Positions 30,975 through 40,379 of a stretch of 64,000 nucleotides of DNA are shown piece after piece (the stretch's first letter is position 1; every line of letters starts with the position of its first letter). Under the pieces are notes generated by a model. The model saw only the letters and a program-made list of their open reading frames with translations. It was not told the DNA's origin and made no database searches. The position numbers and the translations under genes are program-made. The stretch comes from Candidatus Krumholzibacteriota bacterium (GTDB lineage: Bacteria > Krumholzibacteriota > Krumholzibacteriia > Krumholzibacteriales > Krumholzibacteriaceae), in assembly GCA_041309605.1 (NCBI GenBank), contig JBFYZH010000036.1, positions 23,568 to 87,567 on the forward strand, in the 5' to 3' direction.

Positions 30975-32438
30975 ATGTCGTGGAAAAATTCAAGGAACCG
31001 CACCGATCTTGTCGGCGGCAGGTTCGCCATTTTCATGATAGCCGTTCTTTTCGCCGCCACCGCGGCAGGGTGGATACTTACGGAAATATTTCCGCCGGAT
31101 TTTTCTTCAAACATGGAAAAATTCGCGGCATCGTGGGGCGGGCCGGCGGTGAAAATATGTTCCTCGCTGAGATTGTACGATCCATTTCATTCCTTCTGGT
31201 ACACCGCGCTGCTCGTCCTCTTCTTCGTCACACTGCTTCTATGTATCGCCACCAGATGGAAATCATTCGTGATGAGGGCGTTCGTCGTACGCCCACCGGC
31301 CTGCATCGAGGATATTCCGCGCGCCGGGACGGGCGCCGAGATCCACCTGGGAGACCCGCTCGAAGCTCCCGGGTCCGAAAAAGATCCGGTGAATTATTTC
31401 GGCCGAAAATACGGAGCCCCGGGGGGCATGGACGAAAATACCAGGGAGCTGTTATACAATGCCGTCGCGGGCGCGTTCGGCAGACGGGGATACTCGATGG
31501 CGAAAGGTGGAAGCGGCGGGACCATCCTTTTCGCCGCGGTCGCGGGGCGGTGGAGATTCCTGGGCAACCTTTTGTTTCATTCCGGTCTTCTCGTTCTGAC
31601 TGCAGGCGGTATGGCCGGAAGCATTATGGGAAGGAATGAATTTCTTTATGGAAGGCGCGGCGACATTCTGCCGCTGCACGGGAGCGCAGATTCGGTCCGT
31701 GTCGATGATTTCAGGATCGTCGTGGCTCCTGACGGCCGGGTCCGGGATTACATCTCGACCCTGTCGGTGGTGGACAATGACGGAAATGTGCTGAAATCGG
31801 GGGAAATAGAAGTCAACAAACCGTTGAAATCCGGCGGATTCAACATATACCAGAGCGCGTATTACGTGGATGAAGAGATCGTTTGGGCTGAATTAAGATA
31901 CATGTCCGCGGAAGGAGCGCCGCTACGCTTCAGGATCGGGCCCGGGAACCCCGCCGTCATCGAAGGCACCGGGTATCGTGTGATCGCCGGAAGGTTCTTT
32001 CCGGATTTCAGGATGGGACGCGGTGGTCCCTATTCCGCCAGCCCGCAGATGGTAAATCCGGCTCTCCAGTTCGAACTCGTTTCCGCCGCGGACACCCTGT
32101 CCGGCTACCTGTTTCTTGTATATCCAAAATTCAATTCGGTGTTCGGTGACGCCGGCACGCTGATTCTCGAAGACCTCGAACCGGTCTACTACACGGGGCT
32201 CGAGATCACGTCGAATCCCGGGGCTCCTTTGATGGTTTCCGGGATGGGTATCTCTTCTGTCGGCCTGATCCTTCTGTACATGTTCAGTTATAAAAAGGTG
32301 AAGGGATACATAACGGGTGAGAAGATGGTCATGCGCGCTGCGCCCGGGCGTCACACAATGAGTTTTCGCGAAGAAATGGCTTCCATGGAGAAAGAAACCA
32401 GGGCGGCGTTCGCCGCCGTGCTCCGCGATATGAAGTGA
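30975..32438 (+). CDS. resB: Cytochrome c biogenesis protein ResB/CcsB (system II)
   Basis: N-terminal TM region with the ResB signature and a large periplasmic domain. Directly upstream of ccsA. Confidence 0.75.
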   Translation: MSWKNSRNRTDLVGGRFAIFMIAVLFAATAAGWILTEIFPPDFSSNMEKFAASWGGPAVKICSSLRLYDPFHSFWYTALLVLFFVTLLLCIATRWKSFVMRAFVVRPPACIEDIPRAGTGAEIHLGDPLEAPGSEKDPVNYFGRKYGAPGGMDENTRELLYNAVAGAFGRRGYSMAKGGSGGTILFAAVAGRWRFLGNLLFHSGLLVLTAGGMAGSIMGRNEFLYGRRGDILPLHGSADSVRVDDFRIVVAPDGRVRDYISTLSVVDNDGNVLKSGEIEVNKPLKSGGFNIYQSAYYVDEEIVWAELRYMSAEGAPLRFRIGPGNPAVIEGTGYRVIAGRFFPDFRMGRGGPYSASPQMVNPALQFELVSAADTLSGYLFLVYPKFNSVFGDAGTLILEDLEPVYYTGLEITSNPGAPLMVSGMGISSVGLILLYMFSYKKVKGYITGEKMVMRAAPGRHTMSFREEMASMEKETRAAFAAVLRDMK

Positions 32439-32481
32439 CGGCACGGACCATCCGGATGGACCGCCGCATAAAGGAGGATGA

Positions 32482-33291
32482 TTGACTGCACGGATCGACA
32501 TAACCCTTTTCTGGGCCGGATTCTGGATCTACCTGGGAGCATTCCTGCTTTTCAGCGTTTATTCGGCATCGAAAAAGAAACCGGCCGGTGCCGCCGCGAT
32601 GGCGCTTTTCGTTGCAGGTCTTCTCTTTCATACGGCGGGACTTGTCGCCAGGTGGACGATCAGTTCGCATCCACCGCTCGCGACGATGTACGAGTATTCA
32701 CTGACGATGGCATGGTTCATCGGCGTGACTTTTCTTTATCTTGCGGCGAGGCTGCGCAGGATCGGCCTCGGGATCGTCGTTTCACCCGTGTTGATAATGG
32801 TCCTTGTCATTGCCTCGATGCTTCCCAAGCACGCTTCCGCTCTCATGCCGGCCCTTCAGAGTTACTGGTTTTATATCCACGTCTCACTTGCCGCGGTTTC
32901 AGAAGGCGCTTTCCTCGTCGCATCCGGAGCGGGGATGATGTACCTGCTCAAGGGGCGCGGGGAAAAGGGTTCCGGGACGCTTCCTGCATCCGATCTTCTC
33001 GAGGAGATCATCTCCGGTTCGATCAGGGCCGGTTACCCGCTGTTCACCATCGGAGCGCTTTTCGCGGGGGCCATCTGGGCGCAGTACGCCTGGGGCCGTT
33101 TCTGGAGCTGGGATCCCAAGGAAACGGGCGCGCTCGTCATCTGGCTTTTCTATACGCTGGTTTTGCATCAGAATGCGGGAGGAAGGTGGAAAGGGACAAG
33201 ACTCGCGGTCATGTCCGTGATCGGGCTGATCATCATACTGCTCTCTTTCATCGGAAATCTTTTTCTCGGCGGGCTTCATTCCTATGTCTGA
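32482..33291 (+). CDS. ccsA: Cytochrome c-type biogenesis protein CcsA/ResC
   Basis: TTG start with RBS AGGAGG. WWD heme-handling motif GRFWSWDPKETGALV and conserved His residues. Confidence 0.8.
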   Translation: MTARIDITLFWAGFWIYLGAFLLFSVYSASKKKPAGAAAMALFVAGLLFHTAGLVARWTISSHPPLATMYEYSLTMAWFIGVTFLYLAARLRRIGLGIVVSPVLIMVLVIASMLPKHASALMPALQSYWFYIHVSLAAVSEGAFLVASGAGMMYLLKGRGEKGSGTLPASDLLEEIISGSIRAGYPLFTIGALFAGAIWAQYAWGRFWSWDPKETGALVIWLFYTLVLHQNAGGRWKGTRLAVMSVIGLIIILLSFIGNLFLGGLHSYV

Positions 33292-33390
33292 TGCGCCGTC
33301 ACCGGCGCGCCGACGGCCGGTCATGCCGCCTGTGCCGTACCGCGTCATCCGGTCCGGGTGCCGCAGTACGGATCATATCGTTCTAAACCA

Positions 33391-34920
33391 CTATTGCAGC
33401 AGAAGTATCTTGGAAGATACCGACATTTTTCCCGCTCTGGCCATGGCGATATAAACGCCCCCGGCCACCTTACTGCCGGAGTCGTCCCTGCCGTCCCAGG
33501 CGAACGGATGCGTTCCCTGCGGGCATGATCTGGCGGCGATCTGCCGGACGACCCGTCCCGTTATGTCGTAAATCCTGATGTCGACCTTTAATTCCTCGGG
33601 TATCCCCAGCATTATTGTGGTGATGCCACGGAACGGATTCGGACTCGCATGGATAGTCAGCGGCAGATCCTCCGGCAGGGGGCCGGGAAGGTCGTTTTTC
33701 TCGCCGACGGCGGTTCCCGGCGGCAGATAGGTGTTGTAATAAATCTCCTCGTTCGCGTCCCTGTCGTCTTTCCAGGCCACATGGAGGATCCCGTCCTTTT
33801 CGGCCGCGATCGAACACAGCGACGCCCGTGAGCTTTCCGACGAGATGCGGACGGGAGTATTCCACGAGGTGCCGTCGTTATCCATATAAAAAACGCCGGG
33901 ATTTGCTGCTGAAGGATAATTGGCCCAGTAGACCAGGTGCAGTCTGCCGCCGCAGGATAAACTGGGATGGTAATGTGTATATTCGCCGGTCGTCAGGCAT
34001 ACCTCGTCCTCCCATCCGCCGGGGCCGAAGCGGCGGTAGTAGATCTGTTCGAAGGGTACCCTTTTGTCGATCCACGCTACGTGGACATACCCGCTGTCGT
34101 CGACGACGATGTTCGGACGCATCGCGTCGGCCAGCGGGCCGGAGATTATCTCCTCTTCCGACCATCCCGGCGATTTTTCCCTGTAGTATATTTTCCCTTT
34201 CGCCGTCCCTCCCGGATCCTCCCTGGTATCCCACCACGCGACATGAACCGATCCGTCCGGGCCGGCCGCCACGGAGGGAACCATGGCCATCCCCGATTCG
34301 ACGAAGGAGAGCTGTTCGGGATCCGACCAGAGAAAAAGGTCGAAATGCCTGTATATTATCTGAAGGAACCCGCTGACTTCCTCCTGGTAGACCATGTGGA
34401 TGTCGAATCCGTTCGCGGCAAGGGAAGATGCATACGAATCGCCGCCGGTAAAGGAGACCCTGTTCTCCGGACCCCAGGAACCGTTCCACATTCTATGGTA
34501 GATCTCCATGTTGCCGTCCCTGTCATCATTCCAGACAAGATGGATCCTGCCGAGAACGTCGACGATGAGATTGGGCCTTTTTGAGTCCCCTGAATCGAAG
34601 GTGAGTCTCGTATCCGCGGACCATACGCCTTCGGACCTGAACTTGTGGTATATTTCGTAATTTCTGTCGCGGGAGTCGGGCCAGACGATGTGAAGCCGTC
34701 CGCCGCCGTCGACGGCGATATATTTACAGTTGTTTGGAGGAGGGAAGGAACTCTCCGGATCATTTGTCAGCCTTAGGTCGCCCTGCCATCCTTCGCTCGA
34801 ATAAAGTGAAACAGGGGAAAGACCCGCCATGATCAAGGCGGCGGCAAGAATGAAGGCCAGGCGGCGACAGGTTTCGGCACGAGGAGAGCCTGACGGGGTC
34901 CGCGATCCACGGTGGCGCAT
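33391..34920 (-). CDS. Secreted beta-propeller (BNR/sialidase-like repeat) protein with T9SS-type C-terminal sorting domain
   Basis: Signal peptide (RRLAFILAAALIMAGLS). Repeated W/D-rich blades. The C-terminal ~80 aa (NPFRGITTI...IYDITGRVV...WDGRDDSGSKVAGGVYIA...KILLLQ) matches the Por secretion-system C-terminal / FlgD-Ig-like sorting domain. Start uncertain. Confidence 0.55.
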   Translation of the reverse strand: MRHRGSRTPSGSPRAETCRRLAFILAAALIMAGLSPVSLYSSEGWQGDLRLTNDPESSFPPPNNCKYIAVDGGGRLHIVWPDSRDRNYEIYHKFRSEGVWSADTRLTFDSGDSKRPNLIVDVLGRIHLVWNDDRDGNMEIYHRMWNGSWGPENRVSFTGGDSYASSLAANGFDIHMVYQEEVSGFLQIIYRHFDLFLWSDPEQLSFVESGMAMVPSVAAGPDGSVHVAWWDTREDPGGTAKGKIYYREKSPGWSEEEIISGPLADAMRPNIVVDDSGYVHVAWIDKRVPFEQIYYRRFGPGGWEDEVCLTTGEYTHYHPSLSCGGRLHLVYWANYPSAANPGVFYMDNDGTSWNTPVRISSESSRASLCSIAAEKDGILHVAWKDDRDANEEIYYNTYLPPGTAVGEKNDLPGPLPEDLPLTIHASPNPFRGITTIMLGIPEELKVDIRIYDITGRVVRQIAARSCPQGTHPFAWDGRDDSGSKVAGGVYIAMARAGKMSVSSKILLLQ

Positions 34921-35160
34921 CGCGCTGTCTACGATACGAATAAAACCATCTGCCATATTCCGTTCCTCGCGGGAAGAATGAACGGGTCTTCCATATATTA
35001 ATGATACAGCCGCCGGAGTTTCGCCGCAATCCAAAATCCCGGCAGGAATCCCGGCAGGAAAGTCCGTCTTCTGCGCCGTTCGAAACAGCTTTCTGGCATG
35101 TAAATAGCATGATATCCTGTCGGGCCGGAATATTCACACGTCGACACAGCGGAGGCGGAG

Positions 35161-36834
35161 ATGTCGGTAATGCGGCGGACATGCGTATATATTGTTGTAA
35201 CATTATTGTTCATTGTGAGTTGTGACGGTGGCGGGCGGGAGGGTGGCGGAAAACCGGGCGGAGAAAAGCCGGCCGGGGTGGCAGAAAAACATGGCGGGCG
35301 GCTAGTCATCGGCATGCAGCAGGAGCCGGAGATACTTATCGAGGCCGTCAACACGATGGTCGCCGGCATCTATGTTTGCAACATGATCTTCAGCAAGTTC
35401 GTCAAGCACAACGACAGGATGGAACTGGTTCCGGACCTGATAACGGTAATCCCGACCGAAGACAACGGGGGCATCACCGAGGATCACCTGACGTATACGT
35501 ATCATCTCAGGGAGAACGCCACCTGGCACGACGGGGAACCGCTTACGTCGGCGGATGTCGAATTCACCTGGCGGATGATGATTCATCCCGATATAAACGT
35601 CGAGACAAGGCAGGGATGGGATATAATCGAAAGTGTCGAAACACCGGATCCATATACCGTGATATTCCATCTGAAGGAGGTTTACGCGAACTTTGCGGGA
35701 GACTGTTTTTACGATGAATCGGTGATGCCCGTTCACCTGCTTGGCGACAAGCTGGGACCGGAATTCCAGGGACTCGATTTCCACAGAAATCCGGTCGGGT
35801 CGGGTCCGTTCATATTCGGCGAATGGGTGCCCGGCTCGCACATCACGGTCAGGGCGAACAGGGACTGGTACGGCGGAGATCCGGGGCTCGACGAGATCGT
35901 CATCGTCTTCATCCCTGACGCGAATGCGCTGCTCATGCAGCTGGAAACGGGAGGGGTGATGGCCGTGGACAACGCGCCGAACGAACTCCTCGAGGTGGCG
36001 GAAAAGATCGGAAGCGTAAGAGTGTACCGGAACGCCGCCCTGTTCAACGAACACCTTGACGTCAACTTCGAAAACGAAATATTGTGCGACAGGAGGGTGA
36101 GGAAAGCCCTTGCGAGGGGAGTGGACCGGGAGGAGCTTTCCGCCAGGATATATGACGGTGTCTGGATCCCGGCGTGGGGGGACGAGCATCCCTCGTCACC
36201 GTACTACAGCGACGCGGGCAGGGACAGTTTTTCTTTCGATCCCGCCGCCTCCGGGGAACTGCTCGGTGAGGCCGGATGGGTGGACGGGGACGGAGACGGT
36301 ATCAGGGAAAAGGATGGAAGACCTCTGAGGATGGAGATTTCGACGACTACCGGCTCGTTGAACCGGGAGAGGACGGAGGTGGTTCTGCAGGAGCAGTTCC
36401 GCGAAATTGGTGTCGATCTGCGGATCAGAAACCACCATCCGACAGTCATGTTCGGCAGTTATGACGAAGGCGGGATCCTCAAGACCGGCAGGTTCGCTCT
36501 CGCGCTATACGCTTTTCTCGCTCCGCCGGACCCGTCGACGAAGGATGGCAGTTATTCGGAGCGGTTCATGCCGCCGGCGGGACAGAACTACTCGCGCATA
36601 CGAAACGAAAAACTCACCGGACTGCTTGCCAGGGGCGGCAGGATCTTCGATTTCGCCGAAAGAAAAAAGATCTACGACGAGGTCGCGCTTATAGTCGCCG
36701 ACGAAATTCCGATCATACCGCTGCTCTGGGTGACGCAGCTCGATGCCATGCCCTCGTCCCTCAGGGGATACAGGCCGAACCCCACGCAGTCGGGAGACAC
36801 GTGGAATGTCGCGCAGTGGCGGCTGGAGGAATGA
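35161..36834 (+). CDS. ABC transporter substrate-binding lipoprotein, family 5 (peptide/nickel)
   Basis: Lipoprotein signal ending in IVSC. SBP_bac_5 domain architecture. 557 aa. Confidence 0.8.
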   Translation: MSVMRRTCVYIVVTLLFIVSCDGGGREGGGKPGGEKPAGVAEKHGGRLVIGMQQEPEILIEAVNTMVAGIYVCNMIFSKFVKHNDRMELVPDLITVIPTEDNGGITEDHLTYTYHLRENATWHDGEPLTSADVEFTWRMMIHPDINVETRQGWDIIESVETPDPYTVIFHLKEVYANFAGDCFYDESVMPVHLLGDKLGPEFQGLDFHRNPVGSGPFIFGEWVPGSHITVRANRDWYGGDPGLDEIVIVFIPDANALLMQLETGGVMAVDNAPNELLEVAEKIGSVRVYRNAALFNEHLDVNFENEILCDRRVRKALARGVDREELSARIYDGVWIPAWGDEHPSSPYYSDAGRDSFSFDPAASGELLGEAGWVDGDGDGIREKDGRPLRMEISTTTGSLNRERTEVVLQEQFREIGVDLRIRNHHPTVMFGSYDEGGILKTGRFALALYAFLAPPDPSTKDGSYSERFMPPAGQNYSRIRNEKLTGLLARGGRIFDFAERKKIYDEVALIVADEIPIIPLLWVTQLDAMPSSLRGYRPNPTQSGDTWNVAQWRLEE

Positions 36835-36838
36835 ACCG

Positions 36839-38284
36839 ATGAGCGGAAGATCGCACCGGTTCAGGACGATGGCGCTGGCAGCGCTGGCACTGGCGCTCGT
36901 CTACTTTCTTTGCTCGCAGGGAGGGGCTTCGGAGGGGACTGTCATATCCTTCCTTGGCGCGGCGGGAGAGGTGGGCGGCTCCTGTCATATGGTCGATACC
37001 GGGACGCAGCGGTTTATCGTGGATTGCGGCGCGCTGGGCAATGCCGGTACCGGCGTGCTGCCGGAAGATCCGTCGACGCTGTCCTTCGTACTCCTTACGC
37101 ACGCGCACAGCGATCACTGCGGCCTTCTGCCCGAACTCTTCGAGGCCGGATTCAGTGGGACGGTATACTGCACGGAGCCGACGGCCGCGCTGGCGCCGGT
37201 AATGCTGAGGATGTCGCGGGATTTTGCGAAGGTCAGGGTCTCAAAGGAATCGTTCGAAGCAGCCACGAAAAGCTTCAGGACGGTGGCCTTCGGGGAATGG
37301 ACGCGGCTGGGAGATATCGCCTTCAGGTTCGGAAGGGCCGGCCATCTTCTGGGGGCCGCTTTCATCGAAATCACCATAAAAAAGGATGAGACCGTGGAAA
37401 CTATCGTCTTCTCCGGGGACTTGGGGACTGACGAGTCCCTTCTTTTGCCACGGCTTGAGAATTGCCGGCGCGCCGATTATGTGATAATCGAATCCACATA
37501 TGGAGGGATAGTCAGGCCCGTAGCCGTGCAGGACCATCCCGGGGGGCACGCCGATTTCGGATCGGCCGTCGCCGCCGCGCTCAAAAGAGGAGGGGATGTC
37601 CTTATCCCGGCGTTCACGCTGGGAAGAACCCAGGAGATAATTGCCGCGCTGGATTTGTATACCCGCAGCTCGCTGATTCCACCAGGAACGGAAATATTCA
37701 CCGACAGCCCGACGGCCGAAAAAATCAACGATATTTACAGGAAATTTCCCTCGCATCTGTCGGACTGGGCGAACGGCTTCTACGGAAAACAGATACTCCG
37801 GTCGCCGGGGTTGAGGGAGGTCGGCAGCAAGACATCCATGAAGGTGCATTCCAGAAAGCACGGGCCGGCCGTTTTCATTTCATCGAGCGGGGATCTCAGC
37901 CATGCAAATTCGCCGAGACACCTCGTGCGGATGTTCGCCGATTCGCTGAATCTTCTCTGCCTTGTCGGGTACCAGGCGCCGGGGTCAACGGGTCGCCGTC
38001 TCGAAGAAGGCCGGTCGCCGGTCCTTGTCCGCCACCAGGAGGGTAAATCGATCGAGAAGGACTGGATAGCGCCGGCTATCGAGATTCGAAGGTTCAATAC
38101 ATTTTCCAGCCACGCCGACCAGGAGGGCCTGATCGACTGGCTTTCGGATATCGACGGGGTGAGGAGGGTGTTCATTGTCCATGGAGAAGAGGGCCAGTCG
38201 GCGGCCCTCGGCGCGAGGATCAGGGACCAGCTTGGGCTCGAGGTCGAGATACCCGTGCGCGGACAGTCGTTCGTGCTGCGTTGA
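36839..38284 (+). CDS. MBL-fold beta-CASP hydrolase (RNA/DNA-metabolising family) with N-terminal signal/anchor
   Basis: ATG at 36839. N-terminal hydrophobic segment ALAALALALVYFL. Metallo-beta-lactamase motif LLTHAHSDHCG and beta-CASP conserved D/H motifs. Embedded between the SBP and the permeases. Confidence 0.7.
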   Translation: MSGRSHRFRTMALAALALALVYFLCSQGGASEGTVISFLGAAGEVGGSCHMVDTGTQRFIVDCGALGNAGTGVLPEDPSTLSFVLLTHAHSDHCGLLPELFEAGFSGTVYCTEPTAALAPVMLRMSRDFAKVRVSKESFEAATKSFRTVAFGEWTRLGDIAFRFGRAGHLLGAAFIEITIKKDETVETIVFSGDLGTDESLLLPRLENCRRADYVIIESTYGGIVRPVAVQDHPGGHADFGSAVAAALKRGGDVLIPAFTLGRTQEIIAALDLYTRSSLIPPGTEIFTDSPTAEKINDIYRKFPSHLSDWANGFYGKQILRSPGLREVGSKTSMKVHSRKHGPAVFISSSGDLSHANSPRHLVRMFADSLNLLCLVGYQAPGSTGRRLEEGRSPVLVRHQEGKSIEKDWIAPAIEIRRFNTFSSHADQEGLIDWLSDIDGVRRVFIVHGEEGQSAALGARIRDQLGLEVEIPVRGQSFVLR

Positions 38285-38329
38285 AGGGCTTAAGAAGCGT
38301 TTTGAACGCCGGCAATCCCCGCGTGGCGG

Positions 38330-39355
38330 ATGTCGGAAAGGGACTGTATGGGATACGTGCTGCTGAGAAGACTCGTCTATACCGTGCCGCTTGTCGTGCT
38401 TGTCTCGATGGTGACTTTCGGTTTTCTCCATCTCGCGCCGGGCGGACCGGTGGGAGTGATGACCGGCAATCCCAAGGTTACCGGCGAGGATCTCGACAGG
38501 ATCGCCTCGAATTATGGACTCGACAGGCCGGTACCGGTGCAGTATCTCTGCTGGTTCAGGCAGGTTTTTCTGCGCTTCGACTTCGGGAGAAGTTACGTTA
38601 CCGGCAGGAACGTATCCTCGATGATCCTGGAGCGGATCCCCGCCACGCTGGAGCTGATGTTGTCGGCCTTTGTCCTGGCGATAATAGCAGGAGGGATAAC
38701 GGGGATCGTTTCCGCCGTGAAAAAGGGAAGCCTCGTCGACCAGGTATTGTCGGTGGTGACCATGGCGGGGATGTCAGTGCCGGTGTTCTGGCTGGCGCTG
38801 GTGGCCATTTACGTCTTCTCGCTAAATCTCGGGATATTCCCGGCGGGTGGAAGATCGGCCGTCGGAGTGGACGGTTCCGTGGCCGACCGGATCAGACATC
38901 TTGTACTTCCCGCCTCGGTGCTTTCGCTTGTGTACCTGGCCTCGTGGAGCAGGTATATCAGGGACGGTCTGATCGAGGCTTTCAACGGCGAGTTCATAAG
39001 GACGGCGAGGGCCAAGGGGCTTGGAGAATGGACCGTTATCATGAAACATTCGTTGAAAAACGCGGTTCTGCCCGCCTTAACGGTAATGCTCATGCAGCTT
39101 CCCACCCTGTTTACCGGCGCGGTGATAACCGAGACGGTTTTTTCGTGGCCGGGCATGGGGAGGCTGTTTTTCGAGGGACTCCAGAGGCAGGATCATACGA
39201 GGGTGCTCGGTATAATGGTGATCTCCTCGTTGTTGATAATTCTGTTCAACCTGGCCGGCGATCTGCTCGGTATGGCGATCGATCCCAGGATCGACAAGGG
39301 CCGATCCTCTTTGCCGGGCGCAAAAATCGAAAAAAGGTCTGCAGCGATAACATAA
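38330..39355 (+). CDS. ABC transporter permease (OppB/DppB-like)
   Basis: Typical N-terminus (LLRRLVYTVPLVVLVSMVTF) and BPD_transp_1 region. Start may instead be the internal Met at 38348. Confidence 0.8.
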   Translation: MSERDCMGYVLLRRLVYTVPLVVLVSMVTFGFLHLAPGGPVGVMTGNPKVTGEDLDRIASNYGLDRPVPVQYLCWFRQVFLRFDFGRSYVTGRNVSSMILERIPATLELMLSAFVLAIIAGGITGIVSAVKKGSLVDQVLSVVTMAGMSVPVFWLALVAIYVFSLNLGIFPAGGRSAVGVDGSVADRIRHLVLPASVLSLVYLASWSRYIRDGLIEAFNGEFIRTARAKGLGEWTVIMKHSLKNAVLPALTVMLMQLPTLFTGAVITETVFSWPGMGRLFFEGLQRQDHTRVLGIMVISSLLIILFNLAGDLLGMAIDPRIDKGRSSLPGAKIEKRSAAIT

Positions 39356-39374
39356 AAGACCTGGAGAAAGTTAA

Positions 39375-40271
39375 ATGCGGGCGGCGTCAATTGATACGGG
39401 AAGACCTATGGATGGAACGCTCCTTCCTGCTGGCGGCAGAAAAATCAACGGCCCGTGGTCCCGGTTCTTCGACCACAGGCCCTCTTCGATCGCCCTTATG
39501 CTCATAGTTCTTGTCGCCGTTATCTCCGCCCTCGCCCCTCTTTTTACGCCGTTCGGACCGAACGACATCGATCTGCTGAACATTTCCTCCTCCCCGTCGC
39601 CCGAACATGTGCTGGGTACCGACGAGCTGGGGCGCGACCTTTTCACCAGGCTGCTTTATGGCGGCAGGTTCTCCCTTCTCGTATCATTCCTTTCCGTCGT
39701 GACAGGTGTGGCCCTGGGGATCGCGCTAGGCAGTCTGGCGGGATATTTCAGGGGCGCAACCGATAACATCATAACCTGCATGATCGATCTTTTCCTCTCC
39801 ATTCCCGTTTTTCTCGTGCTGCTCGTCGCGGCATCGGCCGGAAGGGGAAGTTTCTGGGTCATTCCGCTGGTCATCGGGGGTACTTCGTGGATGGAAACGG
39901 CGAGGCTCGTAAGGTCAAGGCTTATGCAGCTCGGAGGCGAGGAGTACGTAGACGCGGCAAGGTCGCTCGGCGTGGACCACGCGGGAATCGTCATCAGGCA
40001 TCTGCTTCCCCAGGCGCTGCTGCCGGTCACCGTCTCGGCGACGGTAGGGTTCGCCAACGCGATGCTCATGGAAAGTTCCCTGAGTTTCCTCGGCTTCGGG
40101 ATACAGCCGCCGATGCCCACCTGGGGCAATATGCTGAGCAACGCACAAGCCTTTCTCAGGTCGTCCCCCCTGGCGGCCTTCACGCCGGGGTTGATGATCT
40201 TCATGATCTGCCTGTCGTTCAATCTCGTCGGAACCGGCATCAAACGAGCCCTTGCGCCGCGGGATGAATAA
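39375..40271 (+). CDS. ABC transporter permease (OppC/DppC-like)
   Basis: 298 aa with the DppC-like TM pattern. Follows the permease above with a 19-nt gap. Confidence 0.8.
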   Translation: MRAASIDTGRPMDGTLLPAGGRKINGPWSRFFDHRPSSIALMLIVLVAVISALAPLFTPFGPNDIDLLNISSSPSPEHVLGTDELGRDLFTRLLYGGRFSLLVSFLSVVTGVALGIALGSLAGYFRGATDNIITCMIDLFLSIPVFLVLLVAASAGRGSFWVIPLVIGGTSWMETARLVRSRLMQLGGEEYVDAARSLGVDHAGIVIRHLLPQALLPVTVSATVGFANAMLMESSLSFLGFGIQPPMPTWGNMLSNAQAFLRSSPLAAFTPGLMIFMICLSFNLVGTGIKRALAPRDE

Positions 40272-40379
40272 TATTACCCTTTTTTCGGCGGGGTGCGGAG
40301 CGGGCGAGCGCTATCCTGCTTGAATTGCCCGGCGGACGAACCGCCGGCGGGTTTCATCCGGTTCTAAAGGGGCGAAGGT

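Noticed and set aside
35302-36189. 295-aa minus-strand ORF
   Set aside because: Antisense to the second substrate-binding protein gene.
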